Source: Pristiophorus japonicus (taxonomy: Eukaryota). From it: a stretch of DNA of 64,000 nucleotides. Positions 49,929 to 62,295 of the stretch are shown here, piece by piece. The notes under the pieces were generated by a model. That model did not search any database, had not been told where the DNA came from, and worked only from the letters and a program-made list of their open reading frames with translations. The position numbers and the translations under genes were made by a program. The DNA lies in NCBI RefSeq assembly GCF_044704955.1, contig NC_091987.1, positions 208,258,001-208,322,000 on the forward strand. The letters are read 5' to 3'. Every line of letters starts with the position of its first letter. Within the stretch, counting starts at the first letter, position 1.

Positions 49929-51436
49929 AAAAAGTATCTCTGATTGAGCCACGAGGTAAGGTGGGTCACTAGAGATCAGATGCATAAGCGGCTTGACACA
50001 CTCTGGGCCACCAAATTGAAAAGATAATGGTAGGGCTCCCACAAACCTTAGTTTGTGAAGGAACTGTGCATTCCTAAGCACACAGACCAGGAAAGACCCA
50101 CATTGGATAGGGTTCCCAGTTCAATGCCAGGAAGTTGTTCTTATCCCAGAGAATAGTGGACCTCTGGGACAGGTTGGCATCTCGTGCAGTGGATGCTGAC
50201 CCTGCACTGAATTGTGTCGAGCGAGAGCTGGACCTGTTTCTGACTGGGGCGGAGAGCGCCTCGTACAGAAGGTAGGTACTGCAGGGAACTCAGGGCCAGT
50301 GTGCTCTCCTGGACTCGGTTCGATCGCCATGATGGGTTTAATGAGGAATCTCCCAGATCATTTCCCCCAAAGTTGGAATGTATTTTTTGGGGTCTCTCCC
50401 AGGAGATCACATGGTTTCGGGTGGGGCGAGGAGTTTTTATATTGTGATACACAAGGTATGGCAATCGTGTGGGACGGGCTGGGTGGATTGAAGGGTCTTT
50501 GCCTGTCCGTCATTGTCCGTAGTCAACCTTCAGTCTGCGCTGAGTTCACTGGTTTCAGCCAGTGGGCCAATTGGCCTCATTTTCCCTTAGCTAACGAAGG
50601 GAAAGATGCAGCCAGTGTCCCTACTGCTGGTCACAGAACGGAGCATGTGTGGATGTCAAATGTGGATGATGTTGGACTTGGCTGTGATGCCCCCCCTCCC
50701 ATAGCCGAATAACGTACCGACAAGCTTCGAAGTAGAAGCCAGAGGCTGCTGGTATCCATAGACATTCCCCTCAGCATCATTCAGTCCCTTCCATGAAAAA
50801 GGGGTCACTTTCTTTGGTTGCAGCTTCAGTTACAAGCAAATATTTGCATAAATTCCAGTGATAAATAGCCTTTAACTGGTATAGGTATAGTCAGAATGGA
50901 GACAGTTGCTCCCAAAGCAAAGTCACAGTATACCTTTCAAGGAAGTATTGCATAAAAATCTCTTAAACCATAAGCCCTCATTTCCTGTAATTTATTTTTT
51001 ATCGTAACCTGGGGCACAGATATAAAATTTGAGCTGGTATCATTTGCATTAAACTGAATGTTACTGAATGTGTCCTTAGAACACATTAGAAGTTTTCCCG
51101 CTAAAAATATAGATAGCGAAGCAAGATGCATTTGCAGAGTTGCCAAGAAGAGATGTTGCATATTTCAAGGTGTCCTGCCCTGTAGTAAAGAAGGTTTGTA
51201 ATTAAGAGTAATGATGATTTAATCACATTGCTGATTACAAGTGCTGCTTTGAGGGGCCGCAGTTGCCCGTTTTTATAGCTCCGTTAACGCCTCCGGGGGG
51301 CGCTAACGGGCGTAATGGCATTTTCGTCCGGGGAGTGGGGCGCTACTACATATAGGTTCAGGGAAGGACGAGCTTGTCTGTGATAGCTGTAACATATGCA
51401 TCTGTGACTACGCTCACAGGTTTATAGAGCTGTTGA

Positions 51437-52610
51437 TGATGGTGGAGGAGCGGGCTGGATGGCGCCAGAGGAGCTGGCACGGTGCCTATCCTGGGCCGAC
51501 ATCTGGCGCGAGGCCAATGCCATCGAGTCGCTAAAAACAGCTCTGGGCCCTGACTCCGTTAGGTGTGTGGAGGAGGCTCAAGCACGTGGGGAGCTCTCGT
51601 CCGAACTGACCCCCGTCCGGACGGAATTCCTCATCGGCGCCAAGCCCCGAAGCCTCCCTCGGGAGCCGGCGCCTCACAACTTGAGCCGCCTCGGGGAAAT
51701 CCCCTCCGTGCCTTTCAGTTCTGCGCAGAGGGGTTTCCTGTACGGGCTGCTCCTGCACACTCTCCACCTTGCCATCCTCGCCTGCCGTCCGGATACGCCA
51801 TGGCGCACCATCTTGCCATCCGGAGGAGGCGAGGGTCCCCGATGGAGCGCACTCTACGCGGGAGTCCTCCCACTATTTATCAGGGAACTTGGCCTGGAGG
51901 GTGGTGCATGGAGCAATCCCGTGCAATAAATTTTTAAGCCGGTTCACGGGCTCCCAGGCCGCCTGCAATTTCTGCGGCCTGGAAGAGTCCGTGTTCCACG
52001 TTTTTATTGAATGCACGAGGTTGCAGCCCCTGTTCCAATATTTGAAGGGGCTGCTCCTCAATTTCTGGCTGCACTTCAGTCCCACACTCCTGATCTTTGG
52101 GCACCCTGTGCGGAGGGGAGCGGGTAGGTCCGAGAGCCTCCTCGTAGGACTGCTCCTGGGCACGGCCAAGAGTGCCATCAGCCGGTCCAGGCAGCGAGCG
52201 GTCGAGGGGGTCGTTCAGCCCGACTGCCTGCCTCTCTTCCGCGCGTACATCCGGGCCAGGGTGTCCCTGGAGATGGAGCACGCGGTGTCCACCGGTACGC
52301 TGGCGGCCTTCCGCGAGAGGTGGGCGCCGGAGGGACTGGAGTGCATCATCACCCCCGGCAACCAAATTTTAATTTGATTTTTTATGTTTTAAAGTTTAAT
52401 TTGTTTTAATTGCCGGGTTTTAGTGTCCTTCTCAATAGGGGGCACTTGTAAAATTTATGGTTTTAGTGCCCAAAAAAAAACCCAAAAAGAAACACAAAAA
52501 ATCACCAAAAAAAAACATACAAAAAAAGGGCACTTGAAAAGTGTTTAGAGTGTCCCCCAGATCAGGGGGCACTTGATTTAATTGATTTATTGTTTTACGG
52601 CCAAAAAGAG
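51437..52610 (+). mobile_element. Tx1-clade LINE 3' fragment A
   Basis: LAWRVVHGA..CNFCGLEESVFHVFIEC (C-x2-C-x8-H-x4-C zinc finger) with one frameshift. 3' UTR with ggggcact repeats. Bounded by 15-bp duplications. Confidence 0.85.
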
Positions 52611-52625
52611 TTGTGGAGCTGTTGA

Positions 52626-53657
52626 TGGTGAAGGAGCGGACTGGATGGCGCGAGAGGAGCTGGCACGGCGCATATTCTTGGCCGACATCTGGCGCGAGGC
52701 CAATGCCATCGAGTCGCTAAAAACAGCACTGGCCCCTGACTCCATTAGATGTGTCGAGGAGGCTCAAGCAAGTAGGGCGATCCCGTCCGAACTGACTCCA
52801 GTCCGGACGGAATTCCTCATCGGCGCCAAGCCCCGAAACTTCCCTCGGGAGCCGGCCCCTCACAACTTGAGCCTCCTCTGGGAAATCCCCTCTGTGCCTT
52901 TCAGTTCTGTGCGGAGGGGTTTCCTGTATGGGCTGCTCCTGCACACTCTCCACTTTGCCATCCTCGCCTGCCGTCCGGACACGCCATGGCGCACCATCTT
53001 GCCGTCTGGAGGAGGCGAGGGCCCCCAATGGACTGCTCTCTACGCGGGAGCACTCCCTTTATTTATTGGGGACTTGGCCTGGAGGATGTTGCATGGAGCA
53101 GTCCTGTGCAATAAGTTTTTAAGTCGGTTCACAGACTCCCAGGCCGCCTGCAATTTCTGCGGTGAAGAGAAGTCCGTGTTCCACGTCTATGTAGTACGTG
53201 TGAGGTTGCAGCCCCTCTTCCAATATTTGAAGGGACTGCTCCTCAAATTCTGGTTGCACATCAGTCCCACACTCCTGATCTTTGGGCACCCTGTGCAGAG
53301 GGGAGCGGGCAGGTCGGAAGGCCTCCTCCTAGGTCTGCTCCTGATCACGGCCAAGGTGGCCATCAACCAGTCCAGGCAGCGGGCGGTTGAGGGGGTCCTT
53401 CAGCCCAAAGGCCTGCCTCTCTTCTTCAGTTACATCCGAGCCAGAGTTTCCTTGGAAATGGAGCACGTGGTGTCCACCGGTACGCTCGCAACTTTCTGCG
53501 AGAGATGGGCACTGGAGGGACTGGAGTGCTTCGTCACCCCTGGCAACAAAATTTTAATTTAATCCTTAATGTCTGAAGTTTAATTTGTTTAAGTTTATCG
53601 GTTTTAGTGCCCCCCTTTAATCAGGGGGCACTTGATTTATGGTTTCAACTGAAATAG
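52626..53657 (+). mobile_element. Tx1-clade LINE 3' fragment B
   Basis: Open frame of more than 300 codons homologous to copy A, ending at 53562. Hairpin agtgccccc..gggggcact in the 3' UTR. Bounded by 15-bp duplications. Confidence 0.85.
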
Positions 53658-53830
53658 TTGTAGAGCTGTTGAGTTGGGAGTGGCTTAGCCAGTCACGTGA
53701 TGTTCACAAGACTCAATAAAACCCCAGTCAGTTGGGTTCGGGGGATCCACGATGAGGCAGGTGGTTGTGAGCCTGGTGGATGAACTGGTAATGTGTAGTG
53801 TGATTGGTAAACCTTTGCTAATAAACCAAC

Positions 53831-54762
53831 AAGTTTGCAGATGACACTAAACTGGGTGGCGGTGTGAGCTGTGAGGAGGATGCTAACAGGCTGCAGGGTG
53901 ACTTGGACAGGTTAGGTGAGTGGGCAAATGCATGGCAGATGCAGTATAATGTGGATAAATGTGAGGTTATCCACTTTGGGGGCAAAAACATGAAGGCAGA
54001 ATATTATCTGAATGGCGGCAGATTAGGAAAAGGGGAGGTGCAACGAGACCTGGGTGCCATGGTTCATCAGTCATTGAAAGTTGTCATGCAGGTACAGCAG
54101 GCGGTGAAGAAGGCAAATGGTATGTTGGCCTTCATAGCGAGGGGATTTGAGTATAGGAGCAGGGAGGTCTTACTGCAGTTGTACAGGGCCTTGGTGAGAC
54201 CACACCTGGAGTATTGTGTACAGTTTTGGTCTCCTAATCTGAGGAAGGACGTTCTTGCTATTGAGGGAGTGCAGCGAAGGTTCACCAGACTGATTCCCGG
54301 GATGGCAGGACTGACATATGAGGAGAGACTGGATCAACCAGGCCTTTATTCACTGGAGTTTAGAAGGATGAGAGGGAATCTCATAGAAACATATAAGATT
54401 CTGACGGGACGGGACAGGTTAGATGTGGGTAGAATGTTCCCGATGTTGGGAAGTCCAGAATCAGGGGACACAGTCTTAGGATAGTGGGCAGGCCATTTGG
54501 GACTGAGTTGAGGAGAAACTTTTTCACTCAGAGAGTTATTGACCAGTGGAATTCCATGCCGCAGAGTGTTGTTAATGCCAGTTAATTGGCTATATTCAAG
54601 AGGGAGTTAGATATGGCCCTTACGGCTAAAGGGATCAAGGGGTATGGAGAGAAAGCAGGAAAGGTGTACTGAGGGAATGATCAGCCATGATCTTATTGAA
54701 TGGCGGTGCAGGCTTGAAGGGCCGAATGGCCTACTCCTGCACCTATTTTCTATGTTTCTATG
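53831..54762 (+). mobile_element. CR1 3' fragment inserted in the LTR
   Basis: Runs from KFADDTKL to a TATGTTTC tail, with aagtt microhomology at the 5' junction. Confidence 0.92.
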
Positions 54763-54931
54763 TAATAGCAATGTGTTGCTATGAATTCTTAAGCAAAGAA
54801 CCCATGAAGCAAATTCATTACGATACCCATCCCCAATGGTTGGAGCGCCTGCTAGCACTCATCACCTAGGCTCTTGTATGAAGAATGCAGAGGACCCAAT
54901 TTTGATTCACTACTTTCAGGAGAGGAGGAAG

Positions 54932-55215
54932 CATAGAAACATAGAAACATAGAAATTTACAGCGCAGAAGGAGGCCATTTCAGCCCATTGTGTCCGCGCC
55001 GGCCGACAAAGTGCTACACGGCCCTCGGTCAGCAGCCCTGAAGGTTACATATAAACCTATGAACAATGAACAATGCCGGAAAGGTAAAGAGCACCCAGCC
55101 CAACCAGTCTGCCCCACACAACTGCGACACCCCTGGCACTGAAACATTCTACACTCCACCCCAACTGGATCTCCTGGGAGAGGCAAAAAACAGATAAAAA
55201 CCCAGGTCAATTTAC
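54932..55215 (-). mobile_element. CR1-type 3' UTR fragment
   Basis: (CATAGAAA)3 tail and gaggccattt..gccc hairpin. Confidence 0.65.
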
Positions 55216-55281
55216 AGGTCAAAATTAACAAAATAATAACCAACTTTAAGAACTTTAATTCTACCAGTATTAAAGGAACAA

Positions 55282-56070
55282 GCGGCCTAAATTCAGATGC
55301 ACAAGAAATCTGGCGCACCTACGATTTTCTGCCTGTTTTTACCGCCGGGAGAGTGGAGGCGGCTGTCCGATCAATTTTCAGGTGATTGAAGCTTTTTTTC
55401 CGTTGGACCGGAAACCGGTCATGAAGGGAGCTGAAGTGTGGTGGCAAGTGAGACTGAGGGGCTGAATTTGGATCGGGATCGGGACTCCGCCCCTGTCAAT
55501 CAGCTGTGTAGCGGTGGTGATGTCACGGCGCGTGTGAGTCACCACGCTCTCTCCCCTCTGTTAAAGGGGAGAGAATCGGGCATTTTTAAACTTTGGACCA
55601 CTGGGCCACCAGGGAGGGTTTCGGCCTACCCAACGGCTTGGCACCCAAGATTGGGTTCCAGGCTGCCTATTGGCGGCCTGGCCGAACCTGGGGGGGGGGG
55701 GGGGCACAATAGTCCGGCCGACAAAAAAAATCCTATGGTGGCCATGGCATTCGGCCCTCCCCTTTAATTTCCACCGCAACGCCAGGGCCGAAAGAGAGGA
55801 GGCACGGTGCACCGGCAGAAAAAGCTGTCGGGGCACCGTGTGGCGGGGCATCGATTTTTTACCTGAATTTCGGTCGGTGCATTTTTCAGGTGAGGGAGAG
55901 CAGGCGGCGCGCATTTCGATGATGCGCTTGCGGTGGTCATCAGCATCGGGCCGAAAAACCCCCGACCTGAATTTGGGTCGGGTCGGCCAGTTGTCCACAA
56001 AGCGGCGGCCACAAGATTCCGCTGCAAACGGGAAGTAATGGGTCTTTCCGAGACCCTGAATTTCGGCCCC
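55282..56070. mobile_element. Harbinger-type MITE (789 bp)
   Basis: TIRs GCGGCCTAAATTCAG / CTGAATTTCGGCCCC with TSD CAA. Confidence 0.78.
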
Positions 56071-56414
56071 CAAGTGTTTATACTAATATTTAACCAGAGG
56101 AAGATTTTGCAGCAGGAAATGATCATAAACAAAAATTGGTGCAAGCTTGTACACATTTCCCAAGGAATGTGCTGTACAAGCCTGTACAAAATCACTTATA
56201 CAAATATTTTGCGAGACTAACACCATCCTGGCAACCTCAATCACATGGGAATGCATTTGCTTTTGTTTTCCAGCTATTGCTGTTAGCAAATTTTGATTCA
56301 GGTACGGAAAGTCCCCTAGCTGCTCTGCTTCTCACAGAAAGCCTGACACACAGCACGCAGTTCGAGGGAGAAGCATAAGAATTTTAAAAAAACGTTGGCC
56401 CCTTTCCCCTTGAT

Positions 56415-56840
56415 GTTAGCTGTGACCCAGTTAATAGCACTCTCGCCACTGCCCCACTCTAGAGGCTTGAGAACATAATCCAGGCTGTACTGAGTGCTGC
56501 ACTGTCAGAGGTGCCGTCTTTCAGATGAGATGTTAAACTGAGGCCCCTCCTGCCCCCTCAGGTGGACCTAAAAGATCCCATGGCACTATTTCGAAGAAGA
56601 GCAGGGGAGTTATCCCCGGTGTCCTGGCCAATATTTATCCCTCAATCAACATCACTAAAACAGATTATCTGGTCATTATCACATTGCTGTTTGTGGGAGC
56701 TTGCTGTATGCAAATTTGCGCCCGCATTTCCCACATTACAACAGTGACTACACTTGAAAAAGTACTTCATTGGCTGTAAAGTGCTTTGGAATGTCCTGAG
56801 ATTTTAAAAGACGCTATATAAATATAAGTTCTTACTATTT
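56415..56840 (+). mobile_element. SacSINE1-like DeuSINE
   Basis: Head remnant, Deu domain and tail. Confidence 0.85.
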
Positions 56841-56984
56841 TTCTTTCTTTTTCTATTCTTCTACCTCGAAATCCCTGAATCTTGCAGCTCTGTGGACACT
56901 GACAGACATTTGGTACCTCACCCAAGTGATTATTCATTGTATATGAATCTAGACAGTGAGTTGTTTATTTCTGATTCTTGTACT

Positions 56985-57345
56985 CAAAATGGCCTCGCTC
57001 CTCCCTATCTCTGTAATCTTCTCCAGCCCTGCAACCCAACAAGATCTCTGCGTACCTCCAATTCTGGCCTCTTGCGTATTCCCAATTTTCTTCGCTGCAC
57101 CTTTGGCCTTCAGCCGCCGAGGAGCTAAGCTCTGGAATTCCTCCTTAAACCTCTCCGACTTTCTACCTCTCCGTCCTCCTTTAAGACCCTGCTTAAAACC
57201 TACCTCTTTGTCCAATTTTTGTCACGTGTTCTAATATCTCCTTATGTAACTCGGTGTCAAATTTTGTTTGATAAGCATCCTGTGAAGCGCCTTGGGACGT
57301 TTTACTACACTAAAGGCACTATATAAATGCAAGTTCTTGTTGTTA
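56985..57345 (+). mobile_element. L2 LINE 3' fragment
   Basis: GLAPPYL..RSLRTS..KLWNS..LKPT and a (TTG)n tail. Confidence 0.8.
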
Positions 57346-57702
57346 CTATTCAACCACCTAAGGCATCTCACTCGACGGCCACAGAGGTGGACCTTCCAGT
57401 TTGGGTCGCAGGCCAGCAGTAACCCTGGCAGATCTTTCTCCCGCCCTAATTGCTGCTCTAACTGAAGTCAGCTAGCTCAACACAGACTGGAGATTGTATC
57501 TGAGAACGTACGGGAATGATTTTCTGCTCACGAGCACCCCGATTCTCAGAATGTTACTGAGACGAAAATGAATAAAAAGACCCGCTGCCAATTTCCCACC
57601 ATTGTAAGGTATTTGGCTTTTGTAATGTTACAAAAGTTGCGGTGCCTGTTCACCAAGAATGGATTCTACACATAGTCAAACGCTTGACGATATAGTGAGG
57701 GT

Positions 57703-58775
57703 TAGAACCATAGAAATGTACAGTGCAGAAGGAGACCATTCGGCCCATTGTGCCTGTGCCAGCTCTCTACAAGAACAGTTGTGCTTAGTCCCACACCACC
57801 CGCTCTTCTGTTTCTATCCCTGTAGGGTGCCCATTCGCAAGTACTTGCCCAACTCCCTTTTAAAATTACTGATGGAATCAGCTTTTCAGACAGAGCATTA
57901 CATCACGTGACTTTTATTGTATTTACAGCAGCAGTTGCATTACCACAGTAGTGCACCAGGTGGCGCTCTATATTATACAGATCCCCACAACTCTGAGTGA
58001 AAACAACCCCTCTAGATCTTTTGCAATGATTTTGAATCTATGACCTCTGGTTATTGACCCACTCACTAGAGGGAATATTTTTCTCTCTCTACTCTATCAA
58101 AACCCCTCATCATCTTGAAAATCTCTAATAGGCGACTTCTTAACCATGGAGAACAGTCCTAACTTTTCCAAGCTCGCCTCATAACTGAAGCCCCTCATCC
58201 CTGGCAACATCCTGGTAAACCTCCTCTGTACCCTTTCTAAGGCCTTTATATCTTCCCCGGTGTGGTGCCCAAAATTGTCCACAATACTCCAGCTGAGGTC
58301 AACCAGTGATTTATAAAGTTCTACAATCATCTCTTTGCTTTTATATTCTATTCCTCGAGTTATAAACCCAAGAAACCCATGTGCTTTTTTGACCACCGTA
58401 TCAACTTGCCGTGCCAGCTTTAAAGATTTGTGTTTACAGACACCAAGGTCTCTCTGTTCATCTATACTTTACAAAATCATGCCATTTATAGTAAACGGTC
58501 TTTCCGTATTAGTCCTCCCAAAGTGCATCACTTTACACTTCCCCATATTGAACTCCATCTGCCACACTTCTGCCCATTTCACCACCCCGTCTATGTCAGC
58601 CTGACGCCTCAAACCAGCCTCATCACTATCTGCTACTTTGCCAAGTTTCGTATCATCTGTAAAGTTTAGAATTCTGCTCCCTGCACCCGAGTCTAGGTTG
58701 TTTCTAAAAATTGAAAAGAGTAATGGATCCGAAACCGACCTTTGAGGAACGCCACTGCAAACCACCTCCCTATGT
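57703..58775 (-). mobile_element. Old CR1 fragment
   Basis: SGVPQ.SV..LLF..FTDDTKLG..KALERVQRRFTR. Confidence 0.82.
57936..57968 (+). promoter_or_regulatory. Candidate CTCF site (upstream motif plus core)
   Basis: TGCATTACC-acagta-GTGCACCAGGTGGCGCT fits the core CCASYAGRKGGCRS with one mismatch, plus the upstream TGCAGT-type motif. Confidence 0.5.
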
Positions 58776-58843
58776 TCCCAAAGTTGCACAAAAAGCGCAA
58801 GTTTAGCTTAGAAATGCCTGAGAATATAACGAAGCCTGCAGTT

Positions 58844-60110
58844 CATAGAATCATAGAATGATACATCGGGAGGCCATTCTGCCCATCGTGCCTGTGCCAG
58901 CTCTTTGAAAGAACTATCCACTTAGTCCCACTCCCCTGCTCATTCTCCAGAGCCCTGCAACTTTTCCCCTTCAAGTAGTTATTCAATTTCCATTTGAAAG
59001 TTACTATTGAATCTGCCCTTTCAGGCAGTGCATTCCAGATCATAACAACTCGCTCGTAATTTCTCCTCAGCTCACCGCTGGCTCTTTTGCCAATTACCTT
59101 AAATCTGTGTCCTTTGGTTACAGACTCTTCTGCCACAGGAAGCAGTTTCTCTTTACTTACTCTATCAAAAACCCCTCATGACTTTGAGCACATCTATTAA
59201 ATCTCTCCTTAACCTTCTCTGCTCTAAGGAGAACAATTGCAGCTTCTCCAGTCTCTCCATGAAATTGAAGTCCCTCAACCCTGGTACCATTGTAATAAAA
59301 CTTCTCGACACCCTCTCTAAGGCCTTGACATCCTTCTGAAAGTGCGGCCTCAGAATTGGCCAGAATGCTCCAGCTGGGGCCTAGCCAGTGATTTGTAACG
59401 GTTTAGCATAACTTCTCTGCATTTGTACTTTATGCTTCTCTGAATGAAGCCAAGAGTCCTGTATACTTTTTTTTTAAAACAGTCTTTTCAACTAGCCCTG
59501 TCACCTTCAAAGACTTGTGTACATAGATGCCCAGGTCTCTCTATTCCTGCACCCCCTTTAAAAAAGCACCATATTGTTTATATTGCCTCTCTTCATCCTT
59601 CCTACTAAAATGCATCACTTCTTTGCATTAAATTGCATCTGCCATGAGTCTGCCCATTTTACCATCAACCCATGTCCTCCTGAAGTCTGTTACTCTCCTC
59701 CTCATTATTTACTATGGTTCCGAGTTTCGTGTAATCTGCAAACTTTGAAATTGTGCCCTGTATACCCAAGTCCAGGCCTTTAATTATATATCAAAAAGCG
59801 CAGTGGTCCTAATACCCACCCCTGGGGATCACCATTATATACTTCTCTCCAGTCTGAAAAACAAACATTCACCACTACTCTGTGTTTTCTGTCCCTCAGC
59901 CAATTTCATAACCATGCAGCCACTGCCCCTTTAATCCCAATTTTGCTAACGTGTCTTATTATATGGTACTTTATCAAATGCCTTTGAAAGTCCGTATGCA
60001 CAACACCAAACGTACTATAGCCATCAAACCCCTCCCTGCCCCCCCGGATTCATCAAATAACTCAATAAAGTTGAGCAAACAGGATTTGCCTTTCATCTGC
60101 GCTGGCTGTC
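58844..60110 (-). mobile_element. Old CR1 fragment
   Basis: (CATAGAAT)n tail and degenerate ORF2. Confidence 0.78.
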
Positions 60111-60450
60111 ATATATTGATTCATGTTCCAATTAATTTTGCCAGTTGGGGTGATAAGAAGAATCTAAATGTAAACACATGGCAGCTGCCCTTGGAGACGG
60201 CTGCAATAATCTTTTATACAGATCCATGATCAGTCTTTCAATGTTAGGGTTTTGAAACAACAGAAGTAATCTAAGATAAAATATGTAATTATTTTGAGTG
60301 AAACGGTTCCCCTTGCCAGCTCTCAATCTAAATCTCTCATGCCTTCTTAGCATTTGTTGCAATTTTGGAGTGGCCAGGGGCTGTTGGTGAGAGCTGTTGG
60401 GGGCTTCTTTACTGCCTGCAAACCAGTGCGCCACCATGCAACATTGGAGG

Positions 60451-61083
60451 CATAAGAACATAAGAATTAGGAACAGGAGTAGGCCATCTAGCCCCCCGAG
60501 CCTGCACCGCCATTCAAAAAGATCATGGCTGATCTGGACGTGGACTCAGCTCTACTTACCTGCCCGCTCCCCGTAACCCTTAATTCCCTTATTGGTTAAA
60601 AATCGATCTATCTGTGACTTGAATACATTCAATGAGCTAGCCTCAACTGCTTCCTTGGGCAGAGAATGCCACAGATTCACAACCCTCTGGGAGAAGAAAT
60701 TCCTTCTCAACTCGGTTTTAAATTGGCTCCCCCGTATTTTGAGGCTGTGCCCCCTAGTTCTAGTCTCCCCGACCAGTGGAAACAACCTCTCTGCCTCTAT
60801 CCTGTCTATCCCTTTCATTATTTTAAATGTTTCTATAAGATCACCCCTCATCCTTCTGAACTCCAACGAGTAAAGACCCAGTCTACTCAATCTATCATCA
60901 TAAGATAACCCCCTCATCTCCAGAATCAGCCTAGTGAATCGTCTCTGTACCCCCTCCAAAGCCAGTATATCCTTAAGTAAGGTGACCAAAACTGCACGCA
61001 GTACTCCAGGTGCGGCCTTACCAATACCCTGTACAGTTGCAGCAGGACCTCCCTGCTTTGTACTCCATCCCTCTCGCAATGAA
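60451..61083 (-). mobile_element. CR1 3' fragment
   Basis: ORF 60552..61079 and a CATAAGAA tail. Confidence 0.9.
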
Positions 61084-61089
61084 GGCAGT

Positions 61090-61576
61090 TCCGTAAAGGC
61101 TCACGAGGCTGATTCCTGAGATGAAGGGGTTGTTTTATGAAGAAAGGTTGAGCAGGTTGGGCCTCTACTCATTGGAGTTAGAAGAATGAGATGTGATCTT
61201 ATTGAAATGTATAAGATTATGAGGAGGCTTGACAGGGCAGATGCAGAGAGGATGTTTCCCCTCGTGGGGGGATCTAGAACTAGAGGGCATAGTCACAGAA
61301 TAAGGGGTCGCACATTTAAAACGGAGATCAGGAGACATTTCTTCTCTCAGAGGGTCATGTATCTTTGGAATTCTCTACCCCAGAGATTTGTGGAGGCTGG
61401 GTCATTGAATATATTTGTGGAGATAGACAGATTTTTGAATGATAGGGGAATCAAGGATTATGGGGAGCGGGCAGGGAAGTGGAGTTGAGGCCAAGATCAT
61501 AATAGCCATATTCTTATTGAATTACGGAGCAGGCTCGAGGGGCCAAATGGCCGACTCCTGCTCCTATTTCTTATGT
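61090..61576 (+). mobile_element. CR1 3' fragment
   Basis: ORF 61186..61488 and a CR1 3' UTR. Confidence 0.88.
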
Positions 61577-61849
61577 GCATAGTGCCCCAATGCCATTTTA
61601 AAGTTAAGATGCATGGCACCCTTGCAAATCGCGCCATGGGGGTCTCCTAAAGGGATTGCTGGAGGCTGCTCCCGAAAGGCCAGTTACAGGTGAGAAGCGG
61701 ATTTTTTTTTTGGGGGGGGAAGGTGGGGGAGCAGGAGGCCCTCGAATGCGTTTCCTGTGCCCTCAGCAAAATCCTCCTGACCGCTGCTGTCCTTTCTGCT
61801 GCTCTCCCCTCCCCTCACTCACCAATTTACCTGTCTCGATTCCTTTAAG

Positions 61850-62295
61850 AAAAGAAAGACTTGCATTTATATAGCGCCTTTCACTACCACTGGATGTCCT
61901 AAAGCACTTTACAGCCGTTTAAGTAATTTTGAAATGTAATTCTCTGTTGTAATGTAGGAAACGCAGCAGCCAAATTTGCACACAGCAAGATCCCACTAAC
62001 AGCAGTGTGATAATGACTCAGATAATCTGATTTTGTTATGTTGATTGAGGGATAAATATTTTCCAGGACACCGGGGATAACCCACCTGCCCTTCTCCAAA
62101 ATACTGCCATGAGATCTTTTATGTCTACCTGAGAGGGCATCCAAAAGACGGCACCTCTGACAGTGTTGCGCTCCCTCAGCACCGCACTGGAATGTAGGCC
62201 TAGATTTTATACTCAAGTCCCTGGAGTGGGTCTTGTACCCACAACCTTCTGACTCAGAGGCGAGAGTGCTACCCACTGAGTCAGTGGCTGACACT
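61850..62295 (-). mobile_element. SacSINE1-like DeuSINE
   Basis: Tail, Deu domain and head present. Confidence 0.85.

Larger units (their letters stand above)
51388..54822 (+). mobile_element. Solo LTR (same family as 734-1010) carrying two Tx1 insertions and one CR1 insertion
   Basis: Pieces 51388-51436, 53658-53835 and 54763-54822 reassemble the 734-1010 LTR. Flanks atagc/atacc. Confidence 0.82.

Noticed and set aside
51160-51190. ctacag-GGC AGG ACA CCT (GRTP) on the minus strand as a candidate upstream ankyrin exon
   Set aside because: An in-frame TGA follows immediately.
60451-61576. Head-to-head CR1s as a twin-priming inversion
   Set aside because: Each half has its own 3' UTR and they overlap in consensus coordinates, so they are two separate insertions.
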